A stretch of DNA of 64,000 bases. Origin: the human T2T-CHM13v2.0 reference genome, Homo sapiens. This document shows, piece by piece, positions 35,650 through 48,275 of the stretch. Where the stretch lies: NCBI RefSeq assembly GCF_009914755.1, contig NC_060948.1. The stretch is one strand, 5' to 3'. Below the pieces are notes generated by a model. The model worked only from the letters and a program-made list of their open reading frames with translations, had not been told where the DNA came from and searched no databases. Position numbers and translations under genes: made by a program. Numbering within the stretch: position 1 is the stretch's first letter; every line of letters begins with the position of its first letter.

Positions 35650-38283
35650 TATGTTTATATTTATTTATGTATTTTTCATTTATTATACTTTAAGTTCTGG
35701 GATACATGTGCAGAACATGCAGTTTTGTTACATAGGTATACAGGTGCCATGGTGATTTGTTTCAGGCATCAACCTGTCATCTACATTAGGTATTTCTCAT
35801 AATGTTATCCCTCTCCTTGCCCCCACCTCCCTGACAGGCCGGGCGTGTGATGTTCGCCTCCCTATGTCCATGTGTTCTCATTGTTCACCTCCCACTTAAG
35901 AGTGAGAACAAGAGTGTTTGGTTTTCTTTTCCTGTGTCAGTTGCTGAGAATGATGGTTTCCATGTCCATCCATGTCCTGCAAGCTACATGCACTCAGTCA
36001 TTATTATGGCTGCATAGTATTCCATGGTGAATATGTGCCACATTTTCTTTATCCAGTGTATCATTGATGGTCATTTGTGTTGTCTCCAAGTCTTTGCTAT
36101 TGTAAATAGTTCTGAAATAAACATACATGTGCACGTGTCTTTATACTAGAATGAGTTATAATCCTTTGAGAATATACCTAGTAATGTCAAATGCTAGGTC
36201 AAATGGTATCTCTGACTCTAGATCCTTGAGGAATCCCCACACTGTCTTCCACAGTGGTTGAACTAATTTATACTCCCACCAACAGTGTAAAAGTGTTTCC
36301 ATTTCTGTACATCCTCTCCAGCATTTATTTCCTGATTTTTTAATAATCAACATTCTAACTGGCATTAGATGGTATCTCATTGTGGTTTTGATTTGCATTT
36401 CTCTAATGACCAGTGATGATGAACTTTTTTTCATGTTTGTTGGCTGTATAAATGTCTTCTTTTTAGAACTGTCTGTTCATATCTTTCACCCAATTTTTGA
36501 TGAGATTTTTTTTTCTTGTAAATTTGTTCAAGTTCCCTGTAGGTTCTGGATATTTGCCTTTTGTCAGATAGATAGATTCCAAAGATTTTCTCCCATTCTT
36601 TAGGTTGCCTAATCACTCTGATGATAGTTTCTTTTGCTATGCAGATGCTATTTAGTTTAACTAGATCTCATTTGTCAATTTTGGCTTTTGTTGACATTGC
36701 TTTTGGTGTTTTAGTCATGAAGTCTTTGACCATGCCTATGTCCCCAGTGGTATTGCCTAGGTTTTCTTCTGGGGTTTTTACCGTTTTAGGTATTATGTTT
36801 AAGTCTTTAATCCATCTTAGTTAATTTTTGTATAAGGTGTAAGAAAGGGGTCCTGTTTCAGTTTTCTGCATATGGATAGCCCATTTTTCCAACATTAATT
36901 ATTAAATAGGGAATCCTTTCCCCACTGCTTGTTTTTCTCAGGTTTGTGAAAGATCAGATGGTTGTAGATGTGTAGTGTTATTTCTGAGGCTTCTATTCTG
37001 TTCCATTGATCTATATTTCTATTTTAGTACCAGTACCATGCTGTCTTGGTTACCACAGCCTTGGAGTATAGTTTTAAGTTAGGTAGCATGATGCCTCCAG
37101 CTTTGTTCTTTTTGCTTACGATTGTCTTGGCTATATGGGCTCTTTTTGGGCTCCATATCAAATTCAAAGTATTTTTTTTTAATTTTGTAAAGAAAGTCAA
37201 TGGTAGCTTAATGAGGATAGCATTCAATCTAGAAATTACTTTGGGCAGTATGGTCGTATTAACAATATTGATTGTTCCTATCCTTGAGCATGGAATTTTT
37301 TTTTTCATTTGTTTCTGTCCTCTCTTATTTCCTTGAACAGTGGTTTGTAGTTCTCCTTGAAGAGGTCCTTCACATCCCTTGCAGGTTGTACTCCTAAGTA
37401 TTTTATTCTCTTTGTAGCAATTGTGAATAGGACTTCATGCATGATACAGCTCTCTGTTTGTCTATTATTGGTGTATAAAAATGCTTGTGATTTTTGCACA
37501 CTGATTTTATATCCTGAGACTTTGATGAAGTTGTTTATGAGCTTAAGGAAATATTGGGCTGATATGATTGGGTTTCTAAATATAGAGTTATGTTGTCTTC
37601 AACAGAGACAATATGACTTCCTCTTTTCCTGTTTGAACACCCTTTATTTCTTTCTCTTGCCTGATTGCCCTGGCCAGAACTTCCAATACTATTTTGAATA
37701 GGAGAGGTGAGAAAGAGCATCCTTGTCTTGTGCTGGTTTTCAAAGGGAATGATTCCAGCTTTTGCCCATTCAATATGATATTGGCTATGGGTTTGCCATA
37801 AATAGCTCTTATTATTTGAGGTATGTTCCAATAATGCCTAGTTTATTGAGTATTTTTAACATAAATGGTGTTGAATTTTATTGAAGGCATTTTCTGTGCC
37901 TATTCAGACAATCATGTGGTTTTTGTCATTGGTTCTGTTTATGTGATGGATTATGTCTATTTATTTGCATATGTTGAACCAGCCTTATATCCCAGGGATG
38001 AAGCCAACTTGAACGTGGCGGAAAAGTTTTTTGATGTGCTGCTGGATTCAGTTTTCCAGTATTTTATTGAGGATTTTCACACTGATGTTCATCAGGGATA
38101 TTGGCCTGAAATTTTATTTTTCTGGTATCAGGGTGATGCTGGCCTCATAAAATGATAAAGGGAGGATTCTGTCTTTTTCCATTTTTTTCAGAATAGTTTC
38201 AGAAGGAATGGTAGCACTTTTATTTGTACCTCTGGTAGAATTTGGCTGTGAATCCACCTATTCCTCGGGTTTTTTTTGGTCGG
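35650..38283 (-). mobile_element. L1PA (about PA7-8), 5' truncated
   Basis: 3'UTR plus ORF2 fragments (36156-37773); degenerate TSD TGCCATC..TTTTT at about 35640 and 38284. Confidence 0.93.
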
Positions 38284-39244
38284 TGCCATCACTTTTTTAC
38301 ATGTATTCATGCATTCAAGCTACTACAACTCTGCAACATGCACATCTAGCTGCCCAATAATTCTTACCTGAAACCATTCATTCCTTGTATCTTCAAATCC
38401 ATACATGGGAGTGATCACTCATTGTATTCAGAAGTTGCACCTACACTCCAAGATTGAAGGCCACTGGAGGTCATTCTTAGGGTACATTAGTACATTTTGC
38501 GGCCGCCAGAAATCTAACTTTTGAGAGTACTGCTAACAATTTTGCAAGTGTTTTGTTCCTTAGTTAACAAGATTCAACATGCCCACATCTGTTTTTCCCC
38601 TATGACTAGAGCAAGTACGAAATTATCACCCTAAAAAAAATCATAGAATTGGAGTTCCATGGCACTCATTTTCTGGAGTTGGAGAAAGACTGGAGCTTTG
38701 AAAGAATGTTGGAAATAAGTCTTACGTTCCACATCTGAGTTGAAGCTGGTACTAAAAAGCTATTTTTAAAAGTCTTAATAATTGGGACAATGATTTTATT
38801 TATTTAATTCTTTGAAAGATGTTCTGCACCTTGTAAAATGTGTATTTGGTTCTGATGCAAATTTCTTCCCTGCCATTGTTAAGAAATACAGCTGTGGTCC
38901 ATTCATCCAGCACAATAAGACCAGCTATACACACAGAGGCTTTGCAGCAGGAGAAAGAAGGATGTTTATTTGCAGTGCACCACAGATGGATAATCAGGTT
39001 GCTCATGCTTGAGATCCAACCTATGCAATGGCTTGCAGTTAAGGGCTTTTAAAGACAGATCTAAATTTCTGGAAAGCAGAAACTACAGGCAAAATAGTAA
39101 ATAAATACTCAAATGTTACACATGGGTTTTGGTGTAACATGGGGGAATATTTTGAAGTGGGAGCATACAGGTCATAAGTAGATTAGAACATTTTATGATT
39201 TGGAATTGATTAAAGAGACAAGGTTTTCTTTAAAAATCTGAGGT

Positions 39245-39542
<298 letters not shown>

Positions 39543-39808
39543 TCAGCAGAAAAGAATGTTACCTGTCGATCATGGGAATGACCTCCTTCAGGTCCCTACA
39601 AAAAAATAATTATAAAACAGAATAGGCAGTCAGAGTTGTCTTCATTTCCCCTCACCTGACATCTACGTTCCAGGAGATCTGTTTAGTGAGGGTCCAGATT
39701 TTTGAAAAAAAAGTCAGGGATATATGCTAAGGTATTATCTTTAATTTCTCTACAATAACCAAATATTATGTGATTCTAACTTCCTTGGCTATTGTTTTAG
39801 GCTACTAT

Positions 39809-40543
39809 TGGAAATGGGAGAATTCTCCTGACTTCTTTGCAGAACTTGCAAGAGCGGTGTGGCTTACTTATTCAGCTGCTGCTGCACTCAAACCCCTTGA
39901 AGAAGGGAGATCATGGAGGCCAATGGGTGCCAAGGCTTGGGCAAGAACTTTAGGGCTCTGGCCCCACAGCATCATCTGAGGGTGTCTTACAGTGAATGCT
40001 ATTTTAGTAGTTGCTGTTCATGAGTCACTAAGTGTTAACCAGCTCAGTGGTCAACATGACAGCCTTTTACACCCTGCCCTCTTGGTACCCAGGTTCTTGG
40101 ATTCTTGTCCAGTGTCTAGAAATAATGAGGTCACATAGACTTGATGGATAGAGAATGCAGAGATTTTATTGAGTGACAGAGTTGGCTTTCAGTAGGATGA
40201 GGAGCTAGAAAAGGGTTGGAGTGGGAAGATAACATTTACCTAGAGTTTGGCTCCTCTGCAATCATCCCAAGCTAAACTCTCGAAGTTCAGATATTTCTTC
40301 TATTCTCTCCATATCTGCCATGCTGCTCTGCTGCTCTGCCTGCTCTGTAGCTCTTCTGCTCATGGAGCCTGAGGTTTCAGGTTCTATGGGCACAGAATAG
40401 GGGGTGGGGCAGGCCAGAGTTGTCTTGAAAAAGGCATGAGGGGGCAAAAACAGGAATGCTTGTTCTCATTTAAGGCTATGGGTGCAGGCTTGAGGGTAGA
40501 GCTCTTGCCAGGATCCCTGGCTTCCTGCCTTCTGTCCCTATCA
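39809..40543 (-). mobile_element. MER50 solo LTR (ERV1)
   Basis: TG...CA termini; minus strand starts TGATAGGGACAGAAGGCAGG; 4-bp TSD CTAT (39805, 40544). Confidence 0.8.
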
Positions 40544-40830
40544 CTATCACCTTCTTACTTACTGAGTTATTTAATTGCTTCTCAGGGTTACACAGGTACC
40601 TGGAATTTCCTTTGAAGGAACTGAATATTTTCCTTTGTTTCCATGCTTGGTGGGGCCACCCAGGGCATAAAGGAACTTGCTAAGATGGGGTTTCTGCTCT
40701 GTTTCACCATTGAGGTGCTTTGGGAAGTATTGGGGTTAACTGATACTGGTCACTATTGCATACTTGCATGCCGGTCAGCCTCCCTGGGACTGTGGTGCCA
40801 TCTTTCTATTACTGTGCATAGAGACCCCTT

Positions 40831-40833
<3 letters not shown>

Positions 40834-40875
<42 letters not shown>
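40834..40875. repeat. (CA)n microsatellite, about 21 units
   Basis: Perfect dinucleotide run. Confidence 0.97.
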
Positions 40876-40878
<3 letters not shown>

Positions 40879-40881
40879 CCA

Positions 40882-41425
40882 GTTTCAAAGGCATGTGACC
40901 CACAGCAACTCCATCTTGAAGAGGAACTGGGTAAAATGAGGCTGAGACTTACTGGGCTGCATTCCCATATGGCCAAGGCATTCTAAGTCACAGGATAAGA
41001 TGAGATAAGAGATCCACACAAGATACAAGTCATAAAGACCTTGCTGATGAAATAGGTTGCAGTATAGAAGCTGGCCAAATCCCACCAAAACCAAGATGTC
41101 CATGAGAGTGACTTCTGGTCATCCTCACTGCTATACTCCCACCAGCAGTACTCCCATGACAGTTTAAAATGTCACTGCAATATCAGGAAGTCACCCTATA
41201 TGTTATAAAAAGAGGAAGCATATGAATAATCCATCTCTTGTTTAGCCTATAGTCAAGAAATAACCCAGAGGCTGCTGTGTCTATGGAGTAGCCATTCTTT
41301 TATTCCTTCACTTTCTGAATAAACTTGTGTTCACTTTACTCCATGGACTCACCCTGAATTTTTTCTTGCATGAGATTCAAGAAACCTTTCTTGGTGTCTG
41401 AATCTGGACACTTTTTTATAATACA
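40882..41425 (+). mobile_element. MER41A solo LTR (ERV1)
   Basis: GCAACTCCATCTTGAA..GG..CTGGGTAAAATGAGGCTGAGAC, CATAAAGACCTTGCTGAT, CTATGGAGTAGCCATTCTTTTATTCC. Confidence 0.85.
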
Positions 41426-41642
41426 AGTGCAAAATTTCTAGCACACTGTGAATCCATAGGCTAATTTGTATCACCCAGTGGCACCAGCCTGCAGAATAAG
41501 CTACAGTGTGACCTGGAAAGGAAGCTCAGGTACCATACTGTTCAGATGAAAACTCTGAATCAACTATAGAAAACCAGGACTCATTCTTTGTAAGGTTCTG
41601 TTCATTTCTATTGTGCCAATCTCCTTCAAATAAAGGCATCCA

Positions 41643-43221
41643 GGGGAGAAACCAGCAAGATGGCCAAACAGGAACAGCTCCAGTCTGCAGCTCCCAGTGA
41701 GATGAATGCAGAAGGCCAGTGATGTCTGCATTTCTAACTCAGGTTCCATGTTAATCTCACTGGGACTGGTAAGGCAATGGGTGCAGCCCACAAAGTGCAA
41801 GCAGAAGCAGGTGGGACATTGCCTCTCCCAGGAAGTGCAAGGAATGGGGGAGCCTCCCTACCCAAACCAAAGGAAGCCATGAGGGACTGTGCTATCCACC
41901 CCAGATACTACGCTTTTCCCATGGGTTTTGCAATTCACAGACCAGAAGATACTCTTGTGTGCCTGCACCACCAGGATTCAGGAAAAATTGGCTAGCCATA
42001 TTCAGAAAACTGAGACTGAACTCCTTCCTTAAGCTTCATACAAAATTTAACTCAAGAGGGATTAAAGACTTAAATGTAAAACCTAAAACTGTAAAAACGC
42101 TAGAAGAAAACCTAGGCGATACCATTCAGAACACAGGCATGGGCAAAGACTTCATGACTAAAACACTAAAAACAATTGCACCAAAAGCCAAAATTGACAA
42201 ATGCGACCTAATTAAACTAAAGAGCTTCTTCACAGCAAAAGAAACTATCATCAGAGTCCATATGCAACCTACAGAATGGGAAAACAATTTTTGTAATCTT
42301 TCTGACAAAGAGCTAATATCTAGAATTTACAAATAACTTAAACAAATTTACAAGAAAAAACAAACAACTCCTTCCAAAAACTAGTCAAAGAATATGAACA
42401 GACACATCTCAAAAGAAGATATTTATGTAGCCAACAAACATATGAAAAACAGCTTATCATGACTGGTCATTAGAGAAGTGCAAATCAAAACCACAATGAG
42501 ATACCATCTCACGCCAGTTAGAATGGTGATCATTTAAATGTCTGGAAACAGCAGATGCTGATGAGGATGTGGAGAAATAGGAATGTTTTTACATTGTTGG
42601 TGGGAGTGTAAATTAGTTCAAGCATTGTGGAAGTCTGTGTATCAAATTATTCAAGGATCTAGAACCAGAAGTACCATTTGACCCAGCAATCCCATTACTT
42701 GGTATATACCCAAAGGATTATAAATCATGCTACTATGTGGACACATGCACATATATGTTTATTGCAGCACTCTTTACAATACCAAACACTTGGAACCAAC
42801 CCAAATGCACATCAATGATGGACTGAATAAAGAAAATGTGGCACATATACACCATGGAATACTATGCAGCCATAACAAAGAATGAGTTCATGTCACTGCA
42901 GGACATGGAAGCTGGAAGCCGCCATCCTCAGCAAACTAATACAGGAATGGAAAATCAAACACCACATGTTCTCACTAATAAATGGTGCTGACCAATGAGA
43001 ATATGTTGACACAGGGAACATCACACACTGGGGTCTGTCAGTGGGTGGGAGCAAAGGGAAGGGAGAACATTAGAACAAATACCTAATACATGTGGAGATT
43101 AAAACCTAGATGACAGATTGATAAGTGCAGGAAACCACCATGGCACATGTAATAAACCTGCATTTTCAGCACATGTATCCCAGAACTTAAAGTGATATAA
43201 AATAGATAACAATAAAAAAAG
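41643..43221 (+). mobile_element. L1PA7/8-like element with both termini and a large internal deletion
   Basis: About 330 bp of 5'UTR joined at about 41977 to ORF2 3' part and 3'UTR; TSD AAAGGCATCCA (41632) / AAAGGTATCCA (43222). Confidence 0.9.
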
Positions 43222-43409
43222 AAAGGTATCCAGATTAGACTATGGAAAGTATTAATATCATTTACATTTGTACAGATGTTTAAACAATAGTAACCTTTGA
43301 AGCTGAGTAAATACATGGCGGTCCCATAGAAAATTTTATTTAAATATCTGTATGAAATAATTCACAAGATTTCTTTGAATAATGATAAAAAAGATATTGA
43401 GCCTATTCA

Positions 43410-44530
43410 TGGGGAAATCAAACTCTGAAATGTATTTAACCAGGTTTATTCTTTTTTAAAAAAGTTACTTTAAGTTCTGGAATACACATGCAGAATATGC
43501 ATGTTTGTTTCATAGGTACACATGTGAGTTGGTGGTTTCCTACACCTATCAACCCACCATCTAGGTTTGAAGCCCTGCATGCACTAGGTATTTGTCCTAA
43601 TGCTCTCCCTCCCCTTGCCCCACCAGCTGAGAGGCCCCCAGTGTGAGATATTCCCCCTCCCTCATGTCCACATGTTCTCATTGTTCAACTTTCACTTATG
43701 AGTGAGAACCTGTGGTGTTTGGTTTTCTGCTCTTGTGTTAGTTTTCCAAGAATGAGGGCTTCTGGCTTTATCCATGTCCCTCCAAAGGACATTATCTTAT
43801 TCCTTTTTTATGGCTGTATAGTATTCCATGGTATATATGTGCCACATTTTCTTTATCTGATCTATCATTGTTGGGCATCTGGGTTGGTTTTAAGTCTTTG
43901 CTATTGTAAACAGTACTACAATAAACATACATGTTCATGTGTCTTTATAGTAGAATGATACTTTAAATTACATGTGGAATCAAAAGAGCCTGTAAAGCCA
44001 AAACAATCCTAAGCAAAATGAACAAAGCTGGAGACATCCTGCTAGCTGACCTCAAACTATACTACAGTAACCAAAACATCATGGTGCTGGTACCAAAACA
44101 GATATATATAGACAAAAGGAACAGAACAGAGACCTCATAAATAACACCATACATCTAAACCATCTGATCTTTGACGCAGCTGACAAAAACAAATAATGGT
44201 AAAATAATTCCCTATTTAATATATGATGTTGGGAAAACTAGCTAGCCCTATGCAGAAAACAGAAACTAGACCCCTTCCTTAAACCTTATACAAAAATTAA
44301 CTCAAGATGAATTAAAGATTTAAATTGAAAACCCCAAATCATAAAAATCCTAGAAGAGCACATGGACAATAACGAGATTTATTCTGAGGCAACATGTGTG
44401 GCTATAATGTGAGAAACAGCCTCAAGGTGTCCCGAGAAAGTGTGATCAAGTTTGCTGTTGTACAGATTGGTTTTAGAAATTTTAAGAGCAGAAATTATAG
44501 GTAAAATTATAAGTCAGTACATGGAAGGTG
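43410..44530 (-). mobile_element. MER4-group LTR fragment, split by L1
   Basis: AAATCAAACTCTG...GATTTATTCTGAG...ACAGCCTCAAG...AAGGTGTACATTGGTTTGGCC. Confidence 0.6.
43453..44369 (-). mobile_element. L1PA 3' fragment with 5' inversion (about 43960-44369 on + strand)
   Basis: Minus-strand 3'UTR then plus-strand ORF2 piece; TSD TAACCAGGTTTATTCT (43437) / TAACGAGATTTATTCT (44370). Confidence 0.88.
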
Positions 44531-47093
44531 TACATTGGTTTGGCCTGAAACTAGCAGAGGCTCATTTCTGTCTCCAATTTTGCCTCATACAAATTGTATG
44601 CTCCATGCATGTTTGTGGTGATGATTATTCTGATGAGCTTGTCACTCAATTCTTCAAACGACAGATAACTCTTTCTTCTGAGCCATGTGCAACCATAGAT
44701 TACCAGGTTTTGTTTTAGAAAGCATTTATTCCATACTACCACATGCCAGATGTACAAGTGTGGTGAAAGGTTTTATATGGCAGCATCCCTGAATAAACCA
44801 AGTAAAATAATAACAGAATAGGCATAATCTGAAAATGCTATGTTGGCACATTTTTCATCGGATCTATCCAGAACAGAGAAAGCAAGGAGAAGGGAGAGAT
44901 ATATATGTCATTCCTAAATTCACAAGAGATACAGTCTTCTGTACAGGTAAAACTACAGGAATTTTCTTATATAATTGCATTTAGGTAATGATGCTACACT
45001 ACAAGGTAATAATTTAATATTTTTAGTTCACAATAAAGAGACTCCTAAAGTATTGAAACACAAAATAATTTATAATTGGACTATTATTTTACTAATGGAT
45101 ACAATTATTATTCAAACATGCAACTCACTCTCAACCACGAGTGTATATTATTCCCAAAGGTGAGAAATTTGAGGGGAATTCTACAAGCACACCATAGCCT
45201 TTTCCTCTTGTGGGCTTGCCTGAGAGAATGTTTTGTTGACTAACTTGGGTGATGGAAAATCTGCTGAAATATTTCCTACCCTTAAATCTCCCATAAGATT
45301 CTCATTCTTACTCTGTTTATCTGAAGCCTGTACCTTTTTTTTTCTATTACTGGAGCTGATTTCTCCAGATGCCCTTTTAACATTAACTCATGCATTGATT
45401 TTAAAATGTTTATATACTGGAGGGCATGCACTAATCACACTACACACAGCATTACCTATCCACACAATTTATTCTAATAATATTCAAATCAGAGGCTATA
45501 TGCCTCTGCATATGGGTATTTTTTTAAATCTTGTCATACCTCATTTACCAGGGTTACTTATATGAAAGAAGATTTAAAATTCTTTAGGGAATTTAAAGTG
45601 GGAGGATAACCTTTCCAGGAAGGCTATGGGGAAGATTTTAAGGATTTACTGCTTAGATGACTTGAAAAATATAGTACGTCATACAGCAAAACACTATTTT
45701 TAATCAGATTATCCAAATAACATACCCTGTTTCGGTTTAGTAATGTGTTTTTCTCACTATTTCTTGTATTGTTAGAATATTTAAATTTATTTATTTATAA
45801 AATCTGCTTTTACTTCCAAAAATTAGCAATTATCTAGCTCATGAGGTAAAAGCTTGCTATTCTCTCTCATTAATTACAAGCATTTCATGATGGAGTTCAT
45901 GATCAAGTTATTGATCATTTATAAACACCAAGGTCTGCTTTGTTGGTGAATGTTAAGTAAAAAACAAAATAAAAAAAAAATAGAGTTTGCAAATATTAAA
46001 CATAGACCCAATGGACACAAGGTCCAGATGTAAATAAAAATTTAAAAAATAGCAATGTTATAAGCAATATAAATTAAATTTCCTTGTAAATGAAAAAGAA
46101 GATGAGCTTTTTAAAGATATTTTATGAATGTCATATTGTGCTTCTTTTTAATTAGATCTGTATAATGTTGTATTCTCATAAGATACCCACTGTGCAAACC
46201 TTGGCTTGTTTATCTGCAAACTCACATTCGTATTTTACAAGGTTAACATTGCATGTTTTCATCTGCAGTTTTGCAATGCTGATGTTGGATTTTGCATGTT
46301 ATTGTATTATTCTCCTTGTAATGTAACAATATTGTCTGCTCAGAATTGACAGTCAAAGAGTTACAAGTGATTTAGTAATACATGCCCTGTCTTCTCTAGG
46401 TTCTAAAGGTAATGTTTAAATACTATACACATTTTGATAATTGAAAAGTATGGAAATTTTAGGTATAAGATTTGACTTTAATATTAATGTCTTGAGCACT
46501 TAGAAGTTCATTCAAGATAGATATCCTGTCAGCATTCATTTTACCAGCAAACAGTTATGATGTATGGATGAGGTTAATACTACTGACCTATGTCAAAATT
46601 GAAATTTTGTTTTTCATGTTGGCATAATAATTCTAATTTTTAATTAGAGATATTTAAAAAACGAAGCTTAGAAATGTTACCCACTTTGGCTAGATTGAAT
46701 GCAAGACTGCTTTCCATGCTGATGAACAGCAAAGTTAATCAGTTTATAACTTACTTTCACAGTAAATTAGGAGATTAGGAGTTTGACAACTCAAAAGCCC
46801 ACACCCTTGCTTTCAGTTCAGGAAGGAAAAGTATGGTATGTGACTTAGAGGAAACTACCCTAAGAATATTTCAAAATTGAGAATTCCAAATTCATATCTT
46901 TTGGCAGGAGTTGAACATTAACAACACTATTAGCAAGGGAATGACTTGTCTTCTCTAACTTTAGTTTGTATAGAATTTGGAAGGCAGAAATGAATACTTC
47001 CACTGGCTCATAGGAATGGCAGTCAACAGATACTGTTCAGAATTGACACAGGTGAGAAGGGAGGCTTCCTCTGTGGACCAAGATGTGGCTATC

Positions 47094-47600
47094 TGTCAGG
47101 CAGAAAAATGCCTCCCCTCAAAGCTAAGAACATCCCAATCCTGTGAAACTATAGATAGGTTATGTTATATGACAAAGGGGAATTAAGATTGCAGGTAAAA
47201 TCAAGTTTTCTAATCAGTTGACTTTAAATCAGGGATATAATATGGACCATCTGCTTACATCCAATGTAATCACAAGGGAAGAGAGTATCAGTAAAGATAA
47301 TTATGAACAAGGCCATGTGAGAAAGACTCAGCCCAATGCTATTGTCTTTGAAGATGGAGGAAGTGTTCATGAGGCTTGGGGCACAGCAGCTTCTAGGAGA
47401 TTAAAAAAAAAAAAAAAAAAAGGAAAAAATGGATTCTCCACTGGAGCCTCCAAAGGGAAGGCAGCCTTGCTGACATCTTGATCTTAGCCCAGTGAGACTG
47501 ATTTTGGACTTTGGACCTCCAGCACTGTAACATGACATTTTTTATTCTCAGTGATTCCATTTGTACTCGTGTGTTGCAATAGCAATATGTAACAAATGCA
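47094..47600 (+). mobile_element. MLT1 (MLT1D-like) LTR
   Basis: GGCAGAAAAATG..., CCAATGTAATCACAAGGG, CTTTGAAGATGGAGGAAG, TTAGCCCAGTGAGAC. Confidence 0.8.
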
Positions 47601-47960
47601 AGGTGGATGATAGATTTGCTAGTAGGAGCTGGCGGAAGTTTTCTAGACTGTTTCTGACTTTCCTGAAGTTGTCACCTGAAAAGGAGCAAGGATTTGGTAA
47701 TGGGAATATCAAGGTAAAAAGTGTGAAGGACTTACCTCCATGAAGACAAGACAATAAAGTGACAAGAAGAACATGATAGACGTGGCTGGCTGCATGGACA
47801 TCCTATTTGCGTACAATGAAATTAAATTTAATCTTTTCTCTGGATGCACAATAAATACTAGTTTAATTATGTAACACTTGTTCAGCAAAATATATTCACA
47901 ATGCATTGTCACAAAGTTGTATACAAACACACAAAATAACTAAAAGTCAATGATGTTCTT

Positions 47961-48242
47961 GGCTGGGTGCGGTGGCTCACACTTGTAATCCCAGAATTTT
48001 GGGAGGTTGAGGTAGGTCGATCACCTGAGGTCAGGAGATCAATACCATCCTGGCCAACAGGGTGAAACCCCATCTCTACCAAAAGTAAAAAATTAGCTGG
48101 GCCTGCTGGCAGGCACCTGTAATCCCAGCTACTCAAGAGGTGGAGACAAGAGAATCACTTGAAAATGGGAAGTGGAGGTTGCAGTGAGCTGAGATCCTGA
48201 CATTGCACTCTAGCCTGTGGGACAAGAGTGAGACTTAGTATC

Positions 48243-48270
<28 letters not shown>
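47961..48270 (+). mobile_element. AluS
   Basis: Dimeric Alu with long poly-A. Confidence 0.93.

Positions 48271-48275
<5 letters not shown>

Noticed and set aside
38499-38506. Isolated NotI site GCGGCCGC in CpG-poor DNA
   Set aside because: No surrounding CpG island or vector sequence; a single occurrence is uninformative.
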